From a virus (lineage: Duplodnaviria > Caudoviricetes), in the IMG/VR virus record IMGVR_UViG_3300031565_006736, positions 1 to 26,260 of that record: DNA of 26,260 nucleotides; one strand, 5' to 3'. Below the pieces are notes generated by a model, which worked only from the letters and a program-made list of their open reading frames with translations, did no database searches and was not told where the DNA came from. This document shows, piece by piece, positions 8,177 through 16,383 of this stretch; position 1 is the stretch's first letter, and the number at the start of each line of letters is the position of its first letter. Position numbers and translations under genes: made by a program.

Positions 8177-8964
8177 ATTGTCACCCTCTTGAGATCATCG
8201 GATATTGCACGCCTGATTCTTGGATCCGTGACGTGCTCCATGACGGAATTCATGAGATATGCCACCAAGGTGTTCGCTTCCTGGTATGTCATCATCTGTT
8301 GGGCATCGATGATACGCTTGCGTTCTGCCTCAGCCACCTTGCGTCTCTGGTCAATCAACCCACAAACTTCTGACCACACTGCACTATCATTGGCTTTCAT
8401 CTGCAGTGCCTCAACCAGCAGATCCTTGATCTCTTCTATATTTCTCAATTTGTCTGATCCAAGCATGCCGCTTGCACGCTTTACCATTCCCCAAGCAGCA
8501 TCCGTGTCACTGGAGTCTAATCTGTCAAGGATCTCAGCAATGCGAGTGTCCAGTAATGATAATTCAGCAGCCATTGATAGTGCATCAGGATCAGTCAGAT
8601 ATGCCTCATATTGTTCAACCAACCGATGCGGCAAGTGCTTAGAATGTCTGCCGGTTGTGATCAATGACATAGCAGACTTGTTTGATAATCCACCCGGATT
8701 GCTTGGCCTGCCTGCACCATGGTAGTGGCAAACTGTCCATCCTCGTCGGCATGCATTGTGACAGCGTTGGCCATCACGCTTTATCATTTTGCAACGACCA
8801 ACTTCATATCCATCCTCTGTATGACACCAGAAGTCAGGCAATGCCTTCTTCTTGCCAAGCTCTACAAATGGCTCTCCATTGTAGAAGACCCAGTCTATGC
8901 CTTCATGCTGGCGTATCTCAGTCTCAGGTGAAGACTCAGGCAGTGCTAGTGCTTTCTCTTCCAT
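8173..8964 (-). CDS. HGGxSTG-like Zn-finger protein, probable terminase small subunit
   Basis: RCKMIKRDGQRC...VCHYHGAG (C-C-C-H), then TTGRHSK and a long helical region, an architecture common in TerS-like proteins; lies upstream of terL. Confidence 0.55.
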   Translation of the reverse strand: MEEKALALPESSPETEIRQHEGIDWVFYNGEPFVELGKKKALPDFWCHTEDGYEVGRCKMIKRDGQRCHNACRRGWTVCHYHGAGRPSNPGGLSNKSAMSLITTGRHSKHLPHRLVEQYEAYLTDPDALSMAAELSLLDTRIAEILDRLDSSDTDAAWGMVKRASGMLGSDKLRNIEEIKDLLVEALQMKANDSAVWSEVCGLIDQRRKVAEAERKRIIDAQQMMTYQEANTLVAYLMNSVMEHVTDPRIRRAISDDLKRVTM

Positions 8965-9094
8965 TTATCTGTATCCACAATGGTCCTATGCGCAAGAAGA
9001 ATCCAGTGATTGGACCAATGATGTAGTACCGACGCAACCACAATGTACTCATCGGTGGCCACCAACAGCCTTTCCAGCCAACAGTGATTTTCAT
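8936..9094 (-). CDS. Micro-ORF, 52-aa Trp-rich protein MKITVGWKGCWWPPMSTLWLRRYYIIGPITGFFLRIGPLWIQINGRESTSTA
   Basis: Translated by hand; ATG overlaps the upstream TGA (ATGA); fills the gap. Confidence 0.45.
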   Translation of the reverse strand: MKITVGWKGCWWPPMSTLWLRRYYIIGPITGFFLRIGPLWIQINGRESTSTA

Positions 9095-9360
9095 TGTTCT
9101 ACTGGTTCCAGTGTGACAGGGATCCTGACTTTTGGCTTCTTTTTGCCACCAAGTTTGGCAGCCAATTCCTCGTGGATCTTGACTTCATCCTGGTATCCTG
9201 GTAAAGTCTTCATCCAATCATCGTTCTCGACCGTGTCAATCACAATTGTGCCTACTGATTGTGCCATTGCTTTTTCCTCCTCAATTACATTCTCGTCGGC
9301 AGGATATATCTCAACTACATCATCTTCACCATATGCAAATCTACTTAGATTATCAATCAT
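9091..9360 (-). CDS. Small acidic hypothetical protein coupled to the ART gene
   Basis: ATGA overlap with the ART stop; acidic N-terminal half and basic tail. Confidence 0.65.
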   Translation of the reverse strand: MIDNLSRFAYGEDDVVEIYPADENVIEEEKAMAQSVGTIVIDTVENDDWMKTLPGYQDEVKIHEELAAKLGGKKKPKVRIPVTLEPVEQ

Positions 9361-10034
9361 TGCAGTAACCTCACTGTCAAGGTTCTCTTTGTGTATCCAG
9401 GTCGTCCAAGGTCTGGTGGCTCTTGTGCAATGGTTTCCTTCACCACCTCAAACCTGGATCCTCTTGGCAACAATACTTCATATTCCTCTGTACCAACCAT
9501 GCCACATTTTGTGCCTGCAGATGCCTGTATTTCCATTATAACTCCAAACTGATGTCGCGCACCAGCAAAGTTCATGCCTTCCAACTCATCCAATGTCGTT
9601 GATACAAATCCTTTGTCATCTATTACACTGCCTTGTAATGTGCCAAAACGATTCGCAATCTCATGGCCTTCCTTGATGCCACGATATAGAATTACATTGT
9701 CTTGTAAAGTGGCACTGGATGTAAACCCATCCAATACTTGTATGTGCTGTTGCAATTCATTGGTTGGATTTTCATTTCGACGCAATGTCTCATTGATTTG
9801 TATATATCCCTTTCCAATATAATAATCAACCGACTTGTTGTCCCCAATGTTGCATACTGGCCCAGCAGACTTTTGTATTGCATACATAGCTGATTTGTCA
9901 TATATTGGAATGGCTTTGTATGGCATAGTACCAACATCAGCAGATCCGCCAACCAAACCAGGACGACCAGCATGCCCGTAATTCCCAGAACCTGGTCCGC
10001 CTTTTATTGCTATTGGAACAATTATTGATCCCAT
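9357..10034 (-). CDS. GGPGSG-tag protein with a VIP2/C3/Alt-like ADP-ribosyltransferase domain
   Basis: Tag at aa 12-31; Y...GYIQINETLR, ILYRG, DKGFVSTT and EEYEVLLPRGSRF are canonical ADPrib_exo_Tox motifs. Confidence 0.9.
   Translation of the reverse strand: MGSIIVPIAIKGGPGSGNYGHAGRPGLVGGSADVGTMPYKAIPIYDKSAMYAIQKSAGPVCNIGDNKSVDYYIGKGYIQINETLRRNENPTNELQQHIQVLDGFTSSATLQDNVILYRGIKEGHEIANRFGTLQGSVIDDKGFVSTTLDELEGMNFAGARHQFGVIMEIQASAGTKCGMVGTEEYEVLLPRGSRFEVVKETIAQEPPDLGRPGYTKRTLTVRLLQ
9942..10001 (-). repeat. Coding repeat copy C: GGPGSGNYGHAGRPGLVGGS
   Basis: Identical peptide to copies A and B. Confidence 0.95.
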
Positions 10035-10465
10035 TTTACCTCTTGCAAGAACATGTCCATCGTTGTCACATACATCGTGACGTCACCACATAGGAATGAT
10101 AATCTCGATTCTGTAGAAGGCAACCAGTGGGAAGCCACGAAGATTGGTGCCCTGTTCCTGCTGAAGACCAGCAAAGGCTGCTTGCTTGCAGGACATTCAC
10201 GCATCAACTGTGCCCACCAAGCATCAAACCACTGATGATCACCAGTGAACAGACTGTCAAGTCTCCAGCCCTCACTCTTCTTGCACTCAACACAATAAGG
10301 AAATTCACCATCCAAGCAAGTCAAATCACCAGCAGCATTATCATACCCCTGTGCCCAACCACCAGACATGGGTGTACGACGCAATTCTACTCCGAATGCG
10401 TCGGACAGAATCTTACCAACCTGTCGTTCGAATCCACTACCCTTGTTCTTGCTCTTTTTTCCCAT
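10022..10465 (-). CDS. Holliday junction resolvase (Hjc-like PD-(D/E)XK nuclease)
   Basis: SKNKGSGFER, RRTPMSGG, GD, VECK. Confidence 0.85.
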   Translation of the reverse strand: MGKKSKNKGSGFERQVGKILSDAFGVELRRTPMSGGWAQGYDNAAGDLTCLDGEFPYCVECKKSEGWRLDSLFTGDHQWFDAWWAQLMRECPASKQPLLVFSRNRAPIFVASHWLPSTESRLSFLCGDVTMYVTTMDMFLQEVKWDQ

Positions 10466-10628
10466 CCACTCCGTGGTTCCTAGTTTGCTGTTGCCTTGAT
10501 CTGCGTCCTAATTCCTCATGTACTTCCCTTGGAACATTGACATGCGTCTCAATGTCATAATCCATCATCCAGCCAAAGATGCGATGTAGGACATGTTCTG
10601 TTCTGGCAACATTATCATTCTTGCCCAT
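10437..10628 (-). CDS. Hypothetical protein (63 aa)
   Basis: Fills the gap between the exonuclease and resolvase genes and overlaps both. Confidence 0.5.
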   Translation of the reverse strand: MGKNDNVARTEHVLHRIFGWMMDYDIETHVNVPREVHEELGRRSRQQQTRNHGVDGKKEQEQG

Positions 10629-11601
10629 GTTTCCACGCTCCTGTAACTTCTCCATATACCTTTGCCATCACATATTCCCTGTTATCATTCTCAATAGGAT
10701 CACGACCATAATCCCAAATCCTTGGGGACCGCAACAACTCACCGTTCATGGCAGGCTGCTGCAACGATCCAAAGCAGGACAGGCCTGCCTCAATCAAACT
10801 GGTAAAGCCACGTTCAATGCACCATTGATACACACGTTTATCATACGGTTGCCACTGTGCATCCAACAATGCCTGCCTTGCCCCTGTCCGATCAACACTC
10901 AAGTCCATCACTGTGTAGGATGCATTGTATTGACCAGATTCAATGAATCTATGTATGCGTTCCCTCACTTTGGGAGTGGCTGCAGCAACAACATCACTGT
11001 GCTTGAGCAATGCCTTGACCGTCTTCGGGCCAATGCCAAGTACACCAGGAACATTATCACTACCATCCCCTTGCAATACCTTTGACGCCACATATTTGTA
11101 GACAGGATATCCCACCGACCGCTCAAAGTTCAGCAGCGTTGTAATCTTGTCTACTTTGCCAGGGTGCAACACATCAACTTTATCATTTACGCATTGGAGC
11201 ATGTCATCGTCTGTACTGACAATGAGATTATGTCCTTCTACCATCCTGGAGGCATGGTATAGCAAATCATCCGCCTCTATGCCTCTGCGCCTGACTTGCA
11301 TTATGCCAGTGTGCGGCAGAATTTGCTCAAGTTCATGCATTTGATCAAGAAACGCTTGCCAAGTAGAATCCAACTCACGTCCACTGCGATTGGACTTGTA
11401 GGATGAAACAAGTCTGCGTCTAAATCCTGGTGTGCCACCATCCCAAGCGAACAGCACTGATGTCGGCTTGTACTTATGCAACAATGCCATTAGCATGCGA
11501 ATGACACCGTAAGTGACACTGGTGTCCTTGCCATGGAATGACAAATTATATGCATGTCTCGCGCGATGTGCAAGATTCTGTGCATCAACAAGAAGATTCA
11601 T
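10615..11601 (-). CDS. 5'-3' exonuclease / flap endonuclease (PolI N-terminal, T4 RNase H, T5 D15 family)
   Basis: LLVD, AWDGG, YKSNR, EADD, STDDD and H3TH motif GDGSDNVPGVLGIGPKT. Confidence 0.93.
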   Translation of the reverse strand: MNLLVDAQNLAHRARHAYNLSFHGKDTSVTYGVIRMLMALLHKYKPTSVLFAWDGGTPGFRRRLVSSYKSNRSGRELDSTWQAFLDQMHELEQILPHTGIMQVRRRGIEADDLLYHASRMVEGHNLIVSTDDDMLQCVNDKVDVLHPGKVDKITTLLNFERSVGYPVYKYVASKVLQGDGSDNVPGVLGIGPKTVKALLKHSDVVAAATPKVRERIHRFIESGQYNASYTVMDLSVDRTGARQALLDAQWQPYDKRVYQWCIERGFTSLIEAGLSCFGSLQQPAMNGELLRSPRIWDYGRDPIENDNREYVMAKVYGEVTGAWKHGQE

Positions 11602-11605
11602 ATAC

Positions 11606-12010
11606 CTATGCTTTACATACAAAATTATAGCCTATGGGAAATACATCAGAATTCAGTTCCATAACATCATACATCTGATGTATCAATGATACTAACAACT
11701 TGTCCGATACGGATGGTGCATATCCTTCCTTCTTTGCGGTGAGTAGATCCGATAGAGTGCCCATAACCACCTTTGATTTATTAAAGTATATCTTAGCATC
11801 ATTCAAAGCACGTGTGCGATCTTTGTCGTCACTTCCTTCGATTCTAGCAATGATATTGAGTCGTCTTTGCCATACATGTATGCTATAAATTTCCTCTGAA
11901 GCCTTCTGAGAAGCCTTTGCAGATAGAAAAGCAAACACTGCGGCTGCAATGGTTCCAATGGCAGTTATTGTACTTATAATCAAACCTATTAAATCATTCG
12001 ATCCCATCAT
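11606..12010 (-). CDS. AT-rich membrane-anchored hypothetical protein
   Basis: N-terminal TM helix (LIISTITAIGTIAAAVFAFLS); visibly more AT-rich than the flanking genes. Confidence 0.65.
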   Translation of the reverse strand: MMGSNDLIGLIISTITAIGTIAAAVFAFLSAKASQKASEEIYSIHVWQRRLNIIARIEGSDDKDRTRALNDAKIYFNKSKVVMGTLSDLLTAKKEGYAPSVSDKLLVSLIHQMYDVMELNSDVFPIGYNFVCKA

Positions 12011-12999
12011 TCCGATTCCTCCTCATACATCAAACCTAGTATGGCATCACGATTATCATTATACATCTCAGCCCAAGATGCTCCTTGGAACTGCAATTCT
12101 TTGCCACCATCCAATGTCAGATATGTCCAAGCACCACGTGTCACAGCAATCTTCTCGTCTTTCAACCAATTCAACATCGCCCCTGGCTCATCAATGCCAA
12201 CATTGAACAATATTGGAAATACACACTTGCCAAATGGTGGTGCCACCTTGCTCTTGGCCACATATGCCCTGACTTCGATGCCAATGACACTGCCGCGATC
12301 CTTGATATGCCCACGTAAAGCCAATTCCAGCCGCACAGAACTATAATACCCTATTGCCCTGCCACCAAAGGTGCTCATCTTGTCACCAAACATAACACCA
12401 ATGTTTTGACGTGTTTGGTTCAACATTATCAAAGCAATGCGGTCACGTGCAACTTCTTGCTTCATGACACGCATCATGGTTGAGATCAGCCGTGCATGCG
12501 TCGCCATCGTATGAGCACCAAGACCTTCCTTCCGAATCTTCTCAATTTCCTCTTCACTGCTGGTGGCAGCCACACTATCCCATACGATCGTCATCAACCC
12601 TTTGGGATCCACATCGCGCTTGGCTTCTAGCAATTCCTGAATGTCAGCATACACATCCTCGACCGTCTCAGGATTGGTGTAAATGAGTGTATCGAGATTG
12701 ATGCCAACCACTTTTGCCACATCAGCATCAATAGCAGTCTCAGTGTCCAACAGTGCAGCCGTGCCACCAATGGCTTGCGTTTGCGCAATGATGTGCTCAG
12801 CCAACAGCGTTTTTCCAGTACTTGTATCACCATAGATTTCTGTCATGCGTCCTACTGGCACTCCCCCACCCATTATCAAATCCAGTGGTGGGCACCCGGT
12901 TGGGATAAATTCTGTGACACGACTCAATACACCTGTATCCGCAAGGGTAATGAGTTTTGGACGTCTGACACTGGCCCTCTTCAAAATATCAAGAGACAT
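12007..12999 (-). CDS. recA: RecA/UvsX-like recombinase
   Basis: IPTG..LD..MGGG.PVGR.TEIYG; Walker A GDTSTGKT; Walker B IVWDS; LNQTR; GGRAIGYYSSVRL; KSKVAPPF. Start placed at the ATG 12999 after GGAG. Confidence 0.95.
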   Translation of the reverse strand: MSLDILKRASVRRPKLITLADTGVLSRVTEFIPTGCPPLDLIMGGGVPVGRMTEIYGDTSTGKTLLAEHIIAQTQAIGGTAALLDTETAIDADVAKVVGINLDTLIYTNPETVEDVYADIQELLEAKRDVDPKGLMTIVWDSVAATSSEEEIEKIRKEGLGAHTMATHARLISTMMRVMKQEVARDRIALIMLNQTRQNIGVMFGDKMSTFGGRAIGYYSSVRLELALRGHIKDRGSVIGIEVRAYVAKSKVAPPFGKCVFPILFNVGIDEPGAMLNWLKDEKIAVTRGAWTYLTLDGGKELQFQGASWAEMYNDNRDAILGLMYEEESE

Positions 13000-13198
13000 G
13001 CTTCTCCAATTTCTCTTCCAAAGGAAGCAATTTATCAATCAAATAGTCAGCCAATTCTTCTCTGACTTTGTCAGAATCCTCACCAGGATGTACATCAATT
13101 TCCATGTACAATTGTGGCTTGATGTATTGGAACTCTCCCAAGCCAATTGTCACTCCGACGCCGACTCCAACTCTTGAATTACGTCCAGAGAAGTCCAT
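12989..13198 (-). CDS. Hypothetical phage protein (69 aa)
   Basis: GGAGG SD; overlaps the recA start. Confidence 0.6.
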   Translation of the reverse strand: MDFSGRNSRVGVGVGVTIGLGEFQYIKPQLYMEIDVHPGEDSDKVREELADYLIDKLLPLEEKLEKHVS

Positions 13199-14298
13199 TG
13201 TGCCTCCGCCAACTTGGAATCCATATCAGGAGTGATGCCCCTGGGGCAAAGTGGATCACTCCAAGGTTGGAAAATATCACTCAATTGCTTGCCATAGGCA
13301 TGTAACCGTTGAGCAATGCAACCGCCTTTGCAAACATGGAAATGTGGACAACTACGACAATATTCCACTTCATTGTAGCCATTGTCTTTGAAATCCCGAA
13401 TGGCTGTAAACATGGATGACTTTTCCCAAATCCAAGCCAAGTCCTTTGCCGATCGAACATTTCCATCATGGCTCAACGTCTTCCAACCAGCACAAGGATG
13501 GACAGAACCATCCGGACGCACAAGCATCAAATCATCCCCTGCGTGGCAAGGCTTGACTTTCTCAGGCACCAACCCAACTGCATGCCTAAAGTCAATTGGA
13601 CATCCTAAACGCAAATCCAAAGTGCCGACATTGAATTGCTTGTTGCTATGCATAATGTATTGCAATTCTGAGAACTGTGCTTTTGTCATTGACAACTCAT
13701 CACGATTGGTGTAGCCACGCGTCTGAGGAACGAACCGCAGCAAACTGAGTTTCTTGACACCATACAGACGACATAAGGCACATACCCCAGGAATATCATA
13801 ATAGTTGTTTGCCATTGGCACCATGTGCACTTCCACATTGGCACAATTCTCTTGCACCAACCAATTTATGGACCATACTATATTTGCCAATGCACCATCG
13901 TGATTCATGATATGATCATTGCACTTACCACGGTGCGAATGTAATGAAAATATCCAAGTCACTTTAGGATAATCCAACAACTCGCCAATATGCTTGTAGC
14001 CAGCAATTGTAGTACTGTCATGGCTATGACCAGTGGTGTATATGAGCACTTTATCAAACATCTCAACAGCCTTACCGACCAGATATGGCAATTGTTCATA
14101 CAGCAGTGGCTCACCACCACTGAAGGATACTACCTTGACATCCATCTCCTTGGCTTGACAAAGCAGCCCAACGTGCTCAATTGGTGTCAATTCACCCTTC
14201 AGCTTGGCTGGGATTGATCCACTTGAGCAGTGCAGGCACCCTATCAAACATTCATTTGTCAATTCTATGGACAATTCATGCAACTGTGGCATTATCAT
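13150..14298 (-). CDS. Radical SAM/SPASM domain protein (peptide-maturase-like architecture)
   Basis: CLIGCLHC, FSGGEPLL; full SPASM CHAG...RPDGSVHPC...GN...CRSC....VCKGGC...DPLC. Confidence 0.92.
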   Translation of the reverse strand: MIMPQLHELSIELTNECLIGCLHCSSGSIPAKLKGELTPIEHVGLLCQAKEMDVKVVSFSGGEPLLYEQLPYLVGKAVEMFDKVLIYTTGHSHDSTTIAGYKHIGELLDYPKVTWIFSLHSHRGKCNDHIMNHDGALANIVWSINWLVQENCANVEVHMVPMANNYYDIPGVCALCRLYGVKKLSLLRFVPQTRGYTNRDELSMTKAQFSELQYIMHSNKQFNVGTLDLRLGCPIDFRHAVGLVPEKVKPCHAGDDLMLVRPDGSVHPCAGWKTLSHDGNVRSAKDLAWIWEKSSMFTAIRDFKDNGYNEVEYCRSCPHFHVCKGGCIAQRLHAYGKQLSDIFQPWSDPLCPRGITPDMDSKLAEAQWTSLDVIQELESASE

Positions 14299-14488
14299 TC
14301 TCCTCTGCTAGTGGTTTTATTAACATCTTTGCTTGCAAATAGATACAATCTGCGGCATGTCCTATATGCCTCTCGTTACCACAAAAGAAACAACACCTAT
14401 CACCATAATCATCTGGTCCCTCATATGGATCACCAGAATACTCAAACCAGCGTCGCCACAACACCAAGGCTTTTTCGTCATCAAGCAT
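14276..14488 (-). CDS. Small Cys/His-rich hypothetical protein
   Basis: CCFFCGNERHIGHAADC is a possible Zn site; start uncertain (the ORF is open to 14542). Confidence 0.55.
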   Translation of the reverse strand: MLDDEKALVLWRRWFEYSGDPYEGPDDYGDRCCFFCGNERHIGHAADCIYLQAKMLIKPLAEENDNATVA

Positions 14489-14489
14489 T

Positions 14490-15188
14490 TCACAATCCTT
14501 TGCCTTGCCAAGAATCACCAACGTGGGCCCAAGCCGTCTCACTGTTGGAATTCAATGGCACCAATACAAATGGTGCTTCACCTTCAGTGGTGTTGTACTT
14601 ACGCGCGTTATAGGTATCAATGCACTGGTGACAAAACGCTTCCTCAGTCTCACCCAACTTTTTGCCTTCTGGATACATCCCATAATACTGATGGAACCGA
14701 CGATGCTTCAGGTGCGGACGCATTGATGGAATGTATAGGCTATAGTCCCCATGACTATTCCAATCAATATACCAATACGTCCCACGCAATGAAGCCTGGT
14801 AAGAGTGGCCACCAATGCCCATCAACCGAATCCAACCAGCATCATCATTTTCAATCAATTGGCGCACATGCTTGTCCAAATTCAATGGTTCCAGCAGATG
14901 GTGGTCATCATCCAATTGGAATAGGAAATCTGATTGTGCTTTTCCAATTAACATGTTTAGATTGGTACCAAGACCACGATGTGGACCAGTGTAAGCATTC
15001 ACAGGAATCCCATCGACAATAATGCGCTCAAGCATATTCCACGTTGGATCATCATTTCCATCTACCCCAACATGGAATCGTAACATTCCACTGTATCTCA
15101 AATGCCTACACAATGCACGCAATGTACTATCCAATATAACAGCACGATTATATGTTGGGATCAGCACATCAATCTCAGGCCACTCCAT
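14490..15188 (-). CDS. Glycosyltransferase family 2 (GT-A)
   Basis: VLIPTYNR, VGVDG, GLG.NLN, FQLDDD (DxD). Confidence 0.88.
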   Translation of the reverse strand: MEWPEIDVLIPTYNRAVILDSTLRALCRHLRYSGMLRFHVGVDGNDDPTWNMLERIIVDGIPVNAYTGPHRGLGTNLNMLIGKAQSDFLFQLDDDHHLLEPLNLDKHVRQLIENDDAGWIRLMGIGGHSYQASLRGTYWYIDWNSHGDYSLYIPSMRPHLKHRRFHQYYGMYPEGKKLGETEEAFCHQCIDTYNARKYNTTEGEAPFVLVPLNSNSETAWAHVGDSWQGKGL

Positions 15189-15375
15189 GATATACCTCCA
15201 TCAATCTATTGACAAACTTGTATATGCGCATATGGTTCGTGTGATACAGAAAGTTTCGGATCATCCACAACCCTGGCTTGAATGTTTGGCCAAGGTATGC
15301 TACAGAATTGGTCCCATAATTCATGCCACACAAATATATCAAACGCTTTACAAGTTTAGATTGGATAATTACCAT
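15175..15375 (-). CDS. Basic hypothetical protein (66 aa)
   Basis: Fills the gap between the two GT2 genes and overlaps both. Confidence 0.45.
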   Translation of the reverse strand: MVIIQSKLVKRLIYLCGMNYGTNSVAYLGQTFKPGLWMIRNFLYHTNHMRIYKFVNRLMEVYHGVA

Positions 15376-16045
15376 TAGGATCCCAGTCTTTCTGTGGATT
15401 TGTATTGCCTATGTCCCATCTGCCACCCCACATGCGTCTGGTTCCAGCCACAAGGTGTGTCACGTATTGCTCAACCGGAAATGCTTCCAACCCATACCCA
15501 ACAGCGATGGCTGACCGCATGTTGTTCAGCACTGGTGCACCATCATTGCAAAACGGTTCCAATGTGATATACTTCTCACGATCATACATTGCAACTGCAG
15601 GGTGAATGTACCAGCAAAATCCTTCTTTTCCAGTTCCACAAACATTATCATCCGTTGACACACCACTGTATGCATCCACACAACGCTTCCACCCTGCTGC
15701 ATACAGTATTGGATTGGCTACAAACCAACTGTACATAATCTCAATGAAGCCAACCTTGTTGACAATGCAATCAGAGTCGAGCATGAGCACATATCGTGTT
15801 TTGGCTTCTAGCATACCTTGGTGCAATGCTGGCCCATGCCCTATGTTATTATCATTCAAGATGACACGGGTATTGAGATTACAAGCCAACCCCATGATGT
15901 AACGTGTGGAGGCATCCTTGGAGCCATTGTCAATTACAATCAAAGGCAACCTTGCATAGAACTTGCACAACGATTCTACAGCCATTCTTGTCAGGTTGTA
16001 GGTTTTGTAATTGGTTATGATTACTGTTACATCATGTTCCATCAC
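15356..16045 (-). CDS. Glycosyltransferase family 2 (GT-A)
   Basis: VIITNY, VIDNGSKD, NIGHG.A..G, MLDSD (DxD). Confidence 0.9.
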   Translation of the reverse strand: MMEHDVTVIITNYKTYNLTRMAVESLCKFYARLPLIVIDNGSKDASTRYIMGLACNLNTRVILNDNNIGHGPALHQGMLEAKTRYVLMLDSDCIVNKVGFIEIMYSWFVANPILYAAGWKRCVDAYSGVSTDDNVCGTGKEGFCWYIHPAVAMYDREKYITLEPFCNDGAPVLNNMRSAIAVGYGLEAFPVEQYVTHLVAGTRRMWGGRWDIGNTNPQKDWDPNGNYPI

Positions 16046-16296
16046 GCTGCAACCTCAATCAAATCAATGGTGATTCGAACTTTGCCACATTTCCAGTTTG
16101 AGGAATTTTGATAGTGCATAAGGCTGTATGGCATCATAGCATCTACAATAATCCGATCCAAATACCCATTGCTACCTACATCACTGGCTGCTTGTGCAAC
16201 ATCCAATTCACTGGTGTCTGATATGACAATCCCGTCTGGGTGCATACCTTCATCTGTCAAAAACAAATATCCTTCTACATCAACAACACGTGTCAT
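16042..16296 (-). CDS. Hypothetical protein (84 aa, MTRVVDVEG...)
   Basis: GGAGG SD before the ATG at 16296; ATGA overlap with the downstream GT2. Confidence 0.6.
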   Translation of the reverse strand: MTRVVDVEGYLFLTDEGMHPDGIVISDTSELDVAQAASDVGSNGYLDRIIVDAMMPYSLMHYQNSSNWKCGKVRITIDLIEVAA

Positions 16297-16310
16297 TGTT
16301 ATATTCCCTC

Positions 16311-16353
16311 CAGTGGGTGGGGCACCTCCCCCACAAAGGCACCCCACCCACCG
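16311..16353 (-). promoter_or_regulatory. Strong GC-rich RNA hairpin after the SSB gene
   Basis: Minus strand CGGTGGGTGGGGTGCC-TTTGTGGGGGA-GGTGCCCCACCCACTG, about 16 bp including G-U pairs that form only on the minus strand; no U-tract. Confidence 0.65.
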
Positions 16354-16383
16354 TCACAAAAGGAGGAGAGACACATGCTCACA

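Noticed and set aside
7047-10001. The three 60-nt repeats as a CRISPR array, DGR template/variable repeats or insertion-sequence ends
   Set aside because: They are kilobases apart, in frame and differ only synonymously; no adenine-specific variation, and no reverse transcriptase, cas or transposase gene in the window
16297-16347. N-terminal MGCLCGGGAPPTGG as a Cys/Gly-rich RiPP core for the SPASM enzyme
   Set aside because: It is the translation of the GC-rich hairpin; the SD-supported start is at 16296
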